Made by a program: the position numbers and the translations under genes. Shown here piece after piece: positions 24,470 through 35,475 of a stretch of DNA of 64,000 bases. Source of the stretch: Lophium mytilinum (lineage: Eukaryota). The stretch covers positions 142,959 through 206,958 of the forward strand of contig MU004204.1 of assembly GCA_010093605.1 (NCBI GenBank). The letters run 5' to 3'. Each line of letters starts with the position of its first letter. Within the stretch, counting starts at the first letter, position 1. The notes under the pieces were generated by a model. That model made no database searches and was not told the DNA's origin. It saw nothing but the letters and a program-made list of their open reading frames with translations.

Positions 24470-25035
24470 TCCTCGCCCAGGTCTGGTTGGAATACAGGCA
24501 GGGGCTGTATTCCGGCATGTACTCCGCAGACCTCCGTAGAGGGGTGCATCTTCGTTCATGCATAATGACCTGACGCTCATGGGCTCCGCAGGCCTCCGAG
24601 GAGGGGTGCATCTTCGCCCATGAATCGCCAGTTTCAATTACATCTTTTTGGCCGTGACTGAACAATCCTGACTCTGCGTCGACGCCCCAAGCACGTCTTG
24701 CAATGTCGGATGGAGGGGCTGTGAGGTAATCACCGCCATCAGTGCCGGCAGTGCTGCAGCCGGCAGTACTACCGGTTTGAAGGACAACACTGATGACGGG
24801 CCATGGGCTCCGCAGGCCTCCAAAGAGGGGTGCATCTTCGCCCATTAAGAACTGTTCTCGGCCTCTGCGTTGACGCGGCAAGCACGTCCTACAAGGTCGA
24901 ATGGGCGGCTGTGAGGTAATCACCATCATCAGTGCCGATAGTACCGCAACCGGCAGCACTACTGGTTTGGTTGACGAGACTGATGACGGGTAGGCTCAGC
25001 AGGCTTCCGAAGAGGGGGCTGCGTCCTCGCCCAGT
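24470..25035. repeat. Compound tandem repeat (two ~190-bp units plus shorter ~65-bp units)
   Basis: gg(g/c)ggctgtgaggtaatcacc..catcagtgccg at ~24715 and ~24904. (g/a)ctccgcag.cctcc...gaggggtgcatcttcg at ~24521, ~24583 and ~24807. Confidence 0.85.
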
Positions 25036-25474
25036 GGATTGTGAGTCTCGGTGTCGCTGTCGAAGCTGAGGGCCGTGGTGTCGTCTTCCGGCGCTGCTGG
25101 CTGCTGTGCTGCCCGATGAGGAGTCGAGAGGAGCATGTCGTAGAATGAGGTAAAATTCGGCGCGATGTTTCGCACACACTTCTCGCCAACGAGACCAGTG
25201 CGTTGCTTCAGGAGTCTTATGATCCGCTGAGTTAGCTAAGCGTGCTTCCAGATGGGTGGAAGGTACTAACTTTGTGGTCCTTGTTGTGCGAAGCAGGTTG
25301 ATTCAGCTTCTATCTGCCTGCAGGTTGCACTCTTCTTTGGCCCCTTTGTCAATTCTGGCTTCCAATCGATTCCTTCACTATGACTAGTCAGTGTCGGCAC
25401 GAAACAATCTTCGAGATGCACCTACTTCTCAGCCTTTCCCACGTCGTAACGTCTCACAGTACGACACTGCCATG

Positions 25475-25671
25475 ATCCCTACGGAGGTGGCATAGCGAGC
25501 TGCCACAATCTTGGTCGACATGCCGCCTGTCCCAAGTGCTGAGCCGGCGCTAGAGACTTCCACTTCGAGATCGTCAATGTTCTTCACCACCTTTATGACT
25601 TGAGCATCTGGGTTTGATCGGGGATTCTTGTCGTAGAGGTAGTCAACGTCCGTCATCAGGAATAGGTAGTC
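25475..25671 (-). pseudogene. PRO1: Glutamate 5-kinase (PRO1) internal fragment B
   Basis: [29 protein letters not shown]...SSAGSALGTGGMSTKIVAARYATSVGI includes the GTGGMxTK signature. It overlaps fragment A by ~75 nt with high identity. Confidence 0.93.
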
Positions 25672-25714
25672 TCGACACAGTGGCTAGCCATAAGAGGCTC
25701 GAAAGAAATGGCCT

Positions 25715-25925
25715 GTTGCAGACTGGGCTGGTTTGCCTGGCGGTGGCTGTCGGTGGCGGACGGGCAAGGCTGACAGGCGACGGCGGTGATCTGATTTCTC
25801 GTGTGCGATTTCTGCTTGGAGGCGGCGCGGGCCTCGGTCTGCTCCCATGGCCCGGCTCTGCTTCCCCTGGCGAGCTCTGGCGGGGCTGGCAGGATTGGGC
25901 TGTCGGCGAGGCTGCGTGTTGCTAG
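25715..25925 (-). pseudogene. Possible Zn(II)2Cys6 transcription factor N-terminal remnant
   Basis: PILPAPP...KQKSHTRNQITAVACQPC, then TSPVCNR in another frame, resembling ACxxC...PxCxxC. The cluster is incomplete and abuts PRO1 fragment B. Confidence 0.45.
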
Positions 25926-28900
25926 AGGCGTGATCGAAGGCGGAGTCGCTATAGATGATCATGGCGTCATGGTGAAAACTACGCAATGCAGAGATCTTCC
26001 ATTGTCGCTGGCGTTGAATGTGGTGTGATGAAGGAAGCTAGGCTGTTGAGGCGGGCGGAACTCTGAAGATGAAGGAAACTGGCAACTTCACCTGCAGCAC
26101 TAGCGAAGCCGGTGCCCCACATGACGTGACCAGCAGCAGCCCTTCTTGTCCCGAGCTGATGGGACCAGTTACCATGACCTTTTAATAGGCCTTCGCGGTT
26201 CTCCAGTGACAGGCCAGCTCTGGGCACACAAATATCACAGCTGGAGTGTCACTTATGAAGATACACAGTACTATCAGGGGCATACTCATTGACGGGATGT
26301 TGTTCAGTCAAGCAGCAGCTCAGATGCTGCTGGGGCCCGGCGTACGCATACAAAGTAGACTATAGACTCTCCAGGGAACGGCCCTTAGTAATGGCAAACG
26401 AAGGTACACGGAGTCAGATTATGTCACTGCTCGAGCTTCACGCTGGCGCTGGCGCTATTGACCTTAATTCGTTGGCAAGAACTATGAGAGTGGAGAAGTT
26501 GAAACTCCGTAGCATCTCTGTGTTAGCACATCCAGGGGCTCTGTTCGGAGCTCAAGGAGGACATGTGATTTGACACAGTCAAGGCCGTCTTCAATGTGTA
26601 TAAGCTTCGCCATTGTAGGCCCAATAACTTTCAAGTCCCAGCCCAGCCTTCCACGTCATCTATACCCAGCGTTTCATGTTGTCCTCTATCCATGAGCGGA
26701 TGTGTTCCTCCCGGTGCCTCGTCGCTAGGAAAGCTTGTCAGAAGTCCTGGAGATCTTGCGCGGTTTGCTCCAGAGGCAGAAGGGTAGAGTCTCATTTGAG
26801 GGAGTCAAGCGGAGCGGTGTCTTCGCTGTAGGGTGTCCGTATACGGAGAATGGCGCCGCAAGGGAGTTCTCGCTTGATTTGCTGCGAATCTGAGGGCTCG
26901 TAGGGTGGTAATTTGGCAAAGGGGAGATGTCTAGGCGGTCCTGTATCACTGTATGCGTGAGTGCAATCGGCGCAGAGTAGCTATGCTGTGGTAACAGGTA
27001 CCTCTAGCCAGTACAGCCAGTGCATTTGCTTGATAGCCCGTAGCTCGCTCCCAGAAAAGGGGCTACCCTGAGGCTCTCGACTCGGCTCGTATCCCATTCC
27101 AGTGATCGAGTGATGCTTCCAAGCATTCACCCGTGTGCCTCGATTTGCTGGTTGGGTGCCCGTCGGCGCGCCGCGGCGGCAGCGCTGGGCGTCTTGTGGG
27201 GTCGACCTCAAGATGCTGAGGTGGCTAAGATTCTGCTGGCAATAGATGGCGCTGGCAAGACGGCTGATGCGCTAACCAAAGGCGAGATTTTGGTGTCCGA
27301 AGGGCGCGAGCTTCGCTCGGTGACAGCCTCTCAACTGACAAAGATGAATATCACACCCGCAATCGGCTCAACCGTGCATGCAGCGGCTCACAAAATTCTG
27401 ACATCTTTATGATTGAGTCAACGCACTTATAAGCAGAAGACGATGCTTTTCAAGTTCTACCCAAAAACTCGAGTCTTATGCCCGCTCTGCAACCATGACT
27501 AATCTATAGTAGCTGCCCCGTTCCTAGGTTTGGCAGGGCTTGAATCAATATTCTGGTCATATACTGAAAAGTTCAGGGCGTCCCTCACATACATGGCAGT
27601 ATTTTCCAATCGCAAAAAGTTAGCAATCCAAATCATCGCCTGCACCAAGCAAATAGCTAAAGCTTAGGGAAGCACGCGCTAGGGTTCAAGAAGATGAAGA
27701 GTAAGATCAACCGTTTGCAAAATCAATCATTTTGCTTGATCGAAGTCATATCCACAGTAACTGCAAGAATGAAAAGGTTGTGAAATTACTTATCACGATT
27801 CCCTTTATCAAGAAGCTGTGCCAGTGATCAAAAACCTCATCCTCCATTCCGCCAAGACTTGCTACGAGGCCAGATTCAAAGATAAAGGTACTAGACATCC
27901 TCTGAGAGTTCGATGTTGGGGTAGGCAGGAATTTGTATGAAGCTGGAGTACGGCTACTAGCATTGCTGCTCTATTCTGGACGATCAGAAGACAAGAAGCC
28001 AAAGACAGTGCTACCATTGTGATGAAACCCGATCGGGTTTAAATGCGCAGTATGCCACTATTGATGAATGTGAGGACCGTACTTCGTAGCCAAGAGCTGA
28101 AGTTGGATCAAGCTCGCATGCGCCTTCCCGGGAATGCAATGGTGGGGCGCCATGTAGAATAGCCCCGGCTCGCCCCTTTCTTCGGCACTACTTCTGTTTC
28201 AACGTTGACCTACACCTTTTCAATGCTAACACAGGGTCAAGCTTCCTTTCAAAGTGGCTTTCGTCTGCCTACAGAACCCAGTATTGAAAGATGGCCGGCC
28301 TCGTGATGTTCTCCCATCATTCCAATTACCGCTGCACGACTGCTCGATTTGGGCTCGACCTCAACTCGCATTGAGATGATACTGTAGAGATCAGGTTGAT
28401 AAGAGATGCCACGGGATACCACTAGGAGTTCTAAAGAGACTAGCCACGATCGGAGTGTGAAGGAAGAGTAGGATGCGAAGGCAGCCTAACGGTGACGAGC
28501 CGATACGAATACCATGTGCCTAGAGAGCATTACGGTGATTATCGGCGGTAGTCAGCTCAGGGTATCAAGAACAACAGCGGTATCGTAGAGTGGGAAAGAC
28601 TTTCATTATGAGGTCTTTGATGATAGGAAAGCTAAAGGCCCACATCCACCACCGTCTCGCCATTGCTTCCCCAAATTCTCCGCCTTCATGTGTTCCACAG
28701 CGACTGCGCTTCGTGCCTCAACTCCTCGACCCCAAAGCCGCCTCGTAGGCAGTATTTCCAGAGCCGGCAGATCCTTACTACTTTCAGCTTTGCTTCCATG
28801 CTTTGCTCTGGCTGATAAATTGTCGTCGTTCGGAATTCGGAGGCCCTGCTTACACATTGTCAAAAATGGTCTGAGGAGATGGTGATGGCATATGAAGCAA

Positions 28901-29145
28901 AGAGTTGGCGATCAGAGAAGATTAACATTGAGTGTCTCCAGATGTGACGGGGCAACATATGCGCGAGTACTCGCAACAAGTGTCAACCCCAGTTCAGTTG
29001 TTTTGATTTGAAACAACACATAATCGAAAGTCATCATTTCACGAGTTTAACAGAGAAATAAACGGCGACTTACTTCGATTTGCATGCTCTACTGGACCGT
29101 AATGGTCACAATTCATAGTGCGGATATTGGGCTTCCTGCAAATGC

Positions 29146-29705
29146 GTCGTTAGAACGTTCAAACAAGCCAGAGGATAACGGAGAAACGGAATTGGAAAGG
29201 GGCTCAGAACGGAGAAGAAAATCTCGGGGATTTCCGCATGTGTAGCGCCAAGAGAAAAGTCGAAGACAGAGGTAGCTTCAATCGAACTGCCAACGGCCCT
29301 CCCTCGACGCTTCGGATTTTGTGAAACATTTTTTATCATCATAGAAAGAAGGAGGTTCAAAAGAGAGGGTTCGACGACTTGCCTTGCCGAGTACCCACAG
29401 GGGCTTGGTGTCCACGATGTTCATACGCCATCCTTCGTGATACGGAGATCGTATTTCCTACGTTGCCACGTCAGAACGTTCAAAGTAGCCGAAAAGTAGC
29501 AAAGAGGTAGTAGCGAGATGGGTTTCAGAACAGAGAAGATTCTCCGCCGAAGATGCGTTCCACATGTTTCACGCCAAGAGAAAAGTCGAAGACAGAGGTA
29601 ACTTCAATCGAACTGCCAACGGCCCTCCCTCGACGCCTCAGGGTTTTTTCTTTGTATCATCATGAAAGAGGTGGTGGATGGGAAGATGCTTCAACGACTT
29701 GCCTT
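29146..29705. repeat. Direct duplication, 326-bp offset
   Basis: Core cgccaagagaaaagtcgaagacagaggta(g/a)cttcaatcgaactgccaacggccctccctcgacgc at ~29246 and ~29572 has 1 mismatch; flanks are more diverged. Confidence 0.9.
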
Positions 29706-29840
29706 ATCAAAGACCCCAAAGCCATGGTAGCCGGGTTATCCATAAGTCTACAAGCCTTTCCAGAACATATTAGACCGTAGGTGGGAGGAAGAAGAAAAAC
29801 TTGCCCGGATTAAAGCGCAAGGAAGGCCTGATCGAAAAAT

Positions 29841-30194
29841 GTGTGGTCCCACCGCTTACCCACCCAGGCGTATAAGGTGCCACACGTCCAATTGGTTATG
29901 TTGATGGTCCAAGCTACCATGAGTGTGTCAGCCAGCGCTTGTGTGAAAGGGGGCAAGACGTGACCGTGAGTATCCTTCAAGCAGCTTCGAGAAGGTGTGG
30001 TCCCGCCCTTACCCCACCCAGTCGTGAAAGGTGCCACACATCCTGTTCGTAGATTGCTTTGCTTTCCTGCCCTGCGTCAGCTTGTACTTGGGTTGGAACA
30101 GAAGGGAAGACTTAGCAGGCTGTAGCCTCTAACGACAGATATTGATCGAAGTGTGGTCCCTCCGCTTACCCACCCGTCGTGTTGGGTGCCACAC
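29841..30194. repeat. Three ~45-bp units spaced ~155 bp apart
   Basis: gtgtggtccc..cttacc(c)cacc...ggtgccacac at 29841-29885, 29995-30039 and 30151-30194. Confidence 0.85.
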
Positions 30195-30232
30195 ATCCTG
30201 GTCGAGAGCATTCGTGCACTGGAGGTGCTGTT

Positions 30233-30735
30233 TGGAAGTTGCTGACGCTATATGAAGTGTGTCAGCCTGTTCTTGAATGTGGTATGGGAATGATGGTGGA
30301 ACGAGTTTGCCGCTCAGAAAGTGCAAGAAGTGTACATGTGCGGATATCGCATAAACGTTGAAAACTACCAATGTAGGATCATCATGGCGGGGACTGTGGA
30401 CCAGTATTGCAGTGCAGAGGGGATAAGAGAGTAGACTTAGCTTTGTCGTCGAAGGAGTCGCAAGCATTTGTGGACTGGAGATGCTGATCGGAAGTTGCAG
30501 TTCGGAAGTCGTTGAAGCTATATGAAGTGTGTCAGCCTGTTCTTGGATATGATATAGGAATGATAGTGGACCCAATTTGCCGCTCAGAAAGTGCAAGAAA
30601 TGTACATGTGCGGATATCGCATAAACGTTGAAAACTACCAATGTAGGATCATCATGGCGGGAACCGGGACCACTGTTGCAGTGTGCAGAGGGAGGAAGAG
30701 TGGAGACTTAGCTTGATGTTGTCGAAGAAGTCGCT
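30233..30735. repeat. Tandem duplication, 270-bp offset
   Basis: gctatatgaagtgtgtcagcctgttcttg...gcggatatcgcataaacgttgaaaactaccaatgtaggatcatcatggcggg at 30247 and 30517. ORF 30129-30641 shows the repeated peptide. Confidence 0.92.
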
Positions 30736-31171
30736 AAGCCTCGAAGAAAAGGTGGACCCGTGGCCGGCCGAACTGACCGCCTATTAATTGCTATCGAAAG
30801 GGCATCAAGCAGATACCAGCATGCCCTTGAGCCCGAGCGACGGTGAAGGGGAATGGGCCCGCTCAGTGCCTGGTCTCACTGCCGTTTGTAAATATGCCGC
30901 GCTTCTATCTTGGTGTAGGAGGGTGGAGGGAGGAAAAGAGAAGATGGATCTCAGCTTGACTCTGTTGTATCGGAGGAGGTGTACCGGAGGATTTGTGGAG
31001 CGATGCTCATGCTGCCATGACACGAGAGACTTTCTACAAGCTGAAGAGTGTCAGTATCGATCTTCTCAGTTTGAACATGGTATTCAGAAACGAAACAAGA
31101 AGTCCCGGTCAGACTGCCTCTGTATTCCAAAGCCCACTATCCTAATGCAGGGCAGGTGCTTCTCTGTTTGA

Positions 31172-31705
31172 ATCATCGCCATTGTCGGCTTGTCAGAGTT
31201 GGAAACTGGTCGTGGGCGGCCCCTCGGTCCGGACCCACAACGTCATCATGGACATGGAAATAGCACAAGTCTTATTGTACGAGAAGATTGGTGACTTACA
31301 GCTGTACGATCGGGTTGGTGGATCGGAGGACGTGTCGAGCGATACGTATGCCACTACGATATAAGATGAATTTCTGGAAGTTGAAAAATGTCAGTATCAA
31401 TTTTTGCAAAGTGATTGTTCGAAGCAGAAAAGAAGCAAGTAACGTTCTCAGACAAACTCATATCGTAGCGAACCAGTTCCTAGTGACAAGAGCGGTGCTG
31501 TAATATGTTGATCTTCTTCATCTCGCCATTGTCGGCTTTCGAAAGTTGAAAACTAACCACACAAGTTGGAAACTTGGAAGTTACCCCCGATGGGCGGCCC
31601 CTCGGTCCGGACCCAAGCGTCATCATTGTAACGTAAAGATAGCTCAAAGCTCAATGAAAGAGAGAAGACAGTGACTTACCAATGGTAGACCATGTTGGTG
31701 GGTAG
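31172..31705. repeat. Diverged duplication containing a minus-strand splice-donor-like site
   Basis: tcgccattgtcggctt...gggcggcccctcggtccggaccca...gtcatcat...gtgacttac at ~31176-31299 and ~31523-31679. Confidence 0.8.
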
Positions 31706-34539
31706 GATCGGGCGGCTTGTGGTCTGGACGTGGCGTTGAACTGGTTGAGGCCAGATGACTAACTTGTTCAGCGACAACAACACCTGTGTGCATCAAACGT
31801 CAGCGGAAGAAAGAGAAGATAGAAAGGTCGAACAACTGCTAGGTTTGGAATTGTGGGGGCTTCTTGACTTGAGGCGAAGTGGACAGGTCGTTCTGTCGCA
31901 CGGCCAGGCCAAAGCCTAATCCACAAGACCAACTGTTGCAGGAAGCTCAAGGACTCACACACCTTGGAGAGGAAGTACCACTGCTGCAGACCACGTTCCA
32001 CAATCTTGTGGGCGAACGGTGTCCCTAGGCGTGCAAGGCTTGCAGCCCATTTCGCGGCTGGGTGGAGGCACGTCAACGCCACGGCGACTTGCTGGTGGAT
32101 GAGGAGACAAGCAGCGCCAGAGCAAGTGACGAATAGACTTACTTGCTATCATGTCTCGGAGTGGTAGGTGCAGAGAGGGGTGCAGAACGTTGCTATTGAA
32201 GGAGGAGGAGGAGGAGGTGGTGGAATAAAATTGGTGTGGGCGAGCAACGAGCTCGCGGAAAACCAAAACAAGGGCTTCACGAGACGAGCTAACTCGCAGT
32301 TTAGCCGGGTCACAACTAGGCTCCAGCGCTCACACTCTCTTGTGTGGCTACGTCATTGCCCTGCCCAAGTACACATTGTACTGAGCCGAAGCACTGTCCC
32401 TGAGGCAGGGCAGTAGCGTCACTGATTGACTGCACTATACACAAGATGCTCTCAGGCTTGTAGCTATCTGTAAGTTCTGTAAAACTTGGACTTTCAGCAT
32501 TGGGAACCAAGAAACAGTGCTTAAGCTTGGGTGTTGAAGTTGTTTTCAGCTATAAGCCAGCTTACGCCGTCGCGTCGTTCCGTGGCTCCAAGCACAGTGC
32601 AGTCCGTTTCACGCGATCTATGAGACTTCTCAAGGGTGAAAAACGCTCATTGTACTATTTTCAACTATAATGGAGCGGTTGCCTAGCATATTCTGGTTTC
32701 TAAAACTCTGTGTTGTGTTGCAACATCTACGAGGCCGAACGCGCCTCGAAGTTAATCGTACTTCCTCGTGTTTCGGCACTACGTCAGTTCTGAACTACGA
32801 CCTCGTCTTATCACTACTCAACTCACTGGCGTCCAAGAATGAAGGCTTATAAGACACTCAAGCGCCGTCCAAGAAAGCATTATACTGCACAGAGACGAGT
32901 CACCCGCCCCTGAAATTGAAGCATTACCGGAGAATTTGCGAGTTCAAGCTTACCAGCTTCACATTACAGCTCAGGTTAGTTCGGGCCTCGGAATATTATC
33001 TCAATCCTTTCCTGTTGATGTTCTCCTGGGCGCCGATGAGCCAGACGAGCATCGAGGTTGACGCCAGCCAATGGACGTTGCATGGTCCCTGGCTAGCACC
33101 CTCGGTAGCGAGCACGTCTCCAGACCCATGGATCACTACGAGCATCAAAAGCCAGCAAACCGCCTGCGTACTTCCGTCTATAAGCCATACTTGCAGGGCC
33201 ACATTCGCACGCCGCTATACTGAGGTAATGTGGATGTGGGCAGGGGCGCGAAGGGAATTGGGTTGGTTGTAGCTATGTAAGCAAATCGATTCATGAAAAC
33301 AGTACTTGATGGAGCACGAGTGAATTAGGACTTGCTGCGATAATCGAGAGTATTGGTAGCTTGTCCAAAGGTTTGAATACGCTTACAAACAGCTTGATTC
33401 CATTTCGTAAGATATGTATATAGTTTTTCGGTCCTATAGTACGAACAAAAACAGGACAATAGTAAAATCGACTGTAAGGAACTATTCCGTGGTGCCTCTT
33501 CGGCACAACCTTCACTTTTCTCACCAATCTAAGCCTTTCAATCGAACACCCACCCTTTCCCCTCCTAGCCGATTTTCCTCGTCCTGCAGCGATCCTACCA
33601 ATATCCCTCAAAACCGCATACAATCCTAAGATCCGCAGGAATGCCCTTTATCACCCGCCTCCACTCCTGCCCCTGCGCCCCCATTCTCGTCACCAGCCAC
33701 GCCCTTGGCGTCTTCACCAAAATCACACAGCAGGCCCGCAAGTTCGCAGACGCAGAGCTCAATGATCCCTACAACCAGGAGCATCTTGACGCTACATGGA
33801 CGGCCAATCAAGAGCAGAGAGTATGCAGAATTAGACACGCGGCGGCGAAAAATCCATTGCTCAAGATGACGACGGGAGAGATATTTCGGTTGAGCAGCGT
33901 GGAGTAGTTGACCACGATGAAGAGGAGGGCCGATGTTGAAGGTATATTACTACGGGAATCATTTGCTAGCGGATGCTAATGATGAGCCGTACATATCAGG
34001 CGGTAGGATGATCTCAGCTACCTACGACAAAGGCATTGAGTGGATGTCCTCGACCTATTGAATTTTGAGTATACAGAATGGGCATTTGCGTCTGCTCAAA
34101 CCTGGGCTGAGCTGGATGCACTTTGAAGACGGCGATGACCTACGAAGACATACCTGACAATGGTCTTTTCAGCTGGGCAGCATGGTAGGAGCGAAAGGAT
34201 GATAATTAGGGGAATAGAGAAACCACGGTCCTACTGTGTGGCGTTTCGAGTCTTTGATCTCGCTTTTGATTACAGCAAAACGATTTAGAGCTAGTAAGAA
34301 GTCCGTTTGTTAAGCTGTTTAGAGATTCGAAGAGCTGCTCCCAGTTGTAGCCCGCAGGTAGCGTCGACAACACAGCTCGTCGCCACCTTTGCAGTATCAC
34401 CTTTTCTTCCCGGAAGGCCCTCCTCTCAGTTGGAAGAATCGCACATAGTTGTCCCTATGAGACAAATGCAGTAAACGAAATATGAAGCCACAAAGCATAA
34501 GTATAAGTACCTTGTATTGCTCTCTCGAGTGGAGAGTCT

Positions 34540-34690
34540 AGGATCTCGGGCATCTGAGTCAACGTGCATGCAGTCTTTCGGCGTCCGGCATGAACAGGCT
34601 CTAGGATTTGCGTTGACCGCGTCCGTAGGGCATAGAGCTGTCGCTCGAAGGGCGTTTCATCGAACTTCTGGTTGAAATCTTCATTAAGCG
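34540..34690 (-). pseudogene. Second, scrambled set of GLT1 micro-fragments
   Basis: NEDFNQKFDETPFERQLYALR (34622-34687) matches 20524-20590 at the DNA level. It is followed by VDSDARD (~34543-34563), which lies upstream of FERQLY in native GLT1. Confidence 0.7.
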
Positions 34691-34997
34691 TAGAAATTAC
34701 GTCCTTCTCGATGCCAATTTACCATCCTTTACCGCCGAGTGGTTGCCAATGCCAGTCAGCGTTTCCAAGAACAAGGTAGTGGATCGACGTCTGCTATTGG
34801 GAAGATGTTTGACCCAGAAACTCATGGCGTTCCTTGGTGTCCCTAGCATCAGCTTCGAGGCAGCTCGAAATGATGGCAGCCTTACGCTCTTCGCTCCTCG
34901 GTTCGAATACCATCTCGAATGGCAGCGGCTTCGTGATGATCTCGGAGGTCGTCTTCAGTCTCGAGGCTGTAGAGGAGCCAGAAATGGCTTGCATCTT

Positions 34998-35475
34998 ATC
35001 CGTCTCCAGGCGCCGTAATCGATGCAGCGGGCAGGTAGATTGCAATTCGACCTTGCGTTCGCCGGTTAGCTTGTCAACCATGACAAGAGCCATGTAGCCT
35101 ACACAGCAGCGGACATTGCTGGATTCGGACCCAGATCGGAAGATCCGTCTCTAGGCGCCGTGGTCGATGCAAGTGATGAGCAAGTACATTGCTGTTCAAC
35201 CTTTCGTTCGCCGGTTAGCTTCTCAGTCATGACAAAAGCCATATAGCCCACGCAGCGGCGGACATTGCTAGACTCGGGTCTAGATAAGAAAATCCGTCTC
35301 TAGGCGCCGTAGTCGATGCAATTGGTGGCAGGTCAACCGCAATTCACCCTTTCGTTCGCCGGTTAGCTTGTGAAGCTTGACAAAAGCTATACAGTCCACA
35401 CAGCAGCGGACGTTGCTAGGCTCGGATCCAGATCGGAGGGTCTTCACTCTTTCTCTAGGCGCCGTGGCCGATGTA
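34998..35475. repeat. Tandem array of ~145-157-bp units (3 full plus 1 partial)
   Basis: atccgtctc(c/t)aggcgccgt..tcgatgca...cgttcgccggttagctt...cagc.gcggac.ttgct at 34998, 35143 and 35292, with a partial copy at ~35452. Confidence 0.9.

Noticed and set aside
29841..30194. CRISPR array interpretation
   Set aside because: Eukaryotic context, only three diverged units, ~110-nt spacers and no cas genes.
33641..34150. Small plus-strand gene with a possible intron
   Set aside because: An in-frame stop precedes the putative intron and there is no recognisable family; possibly another relic but unsupported.
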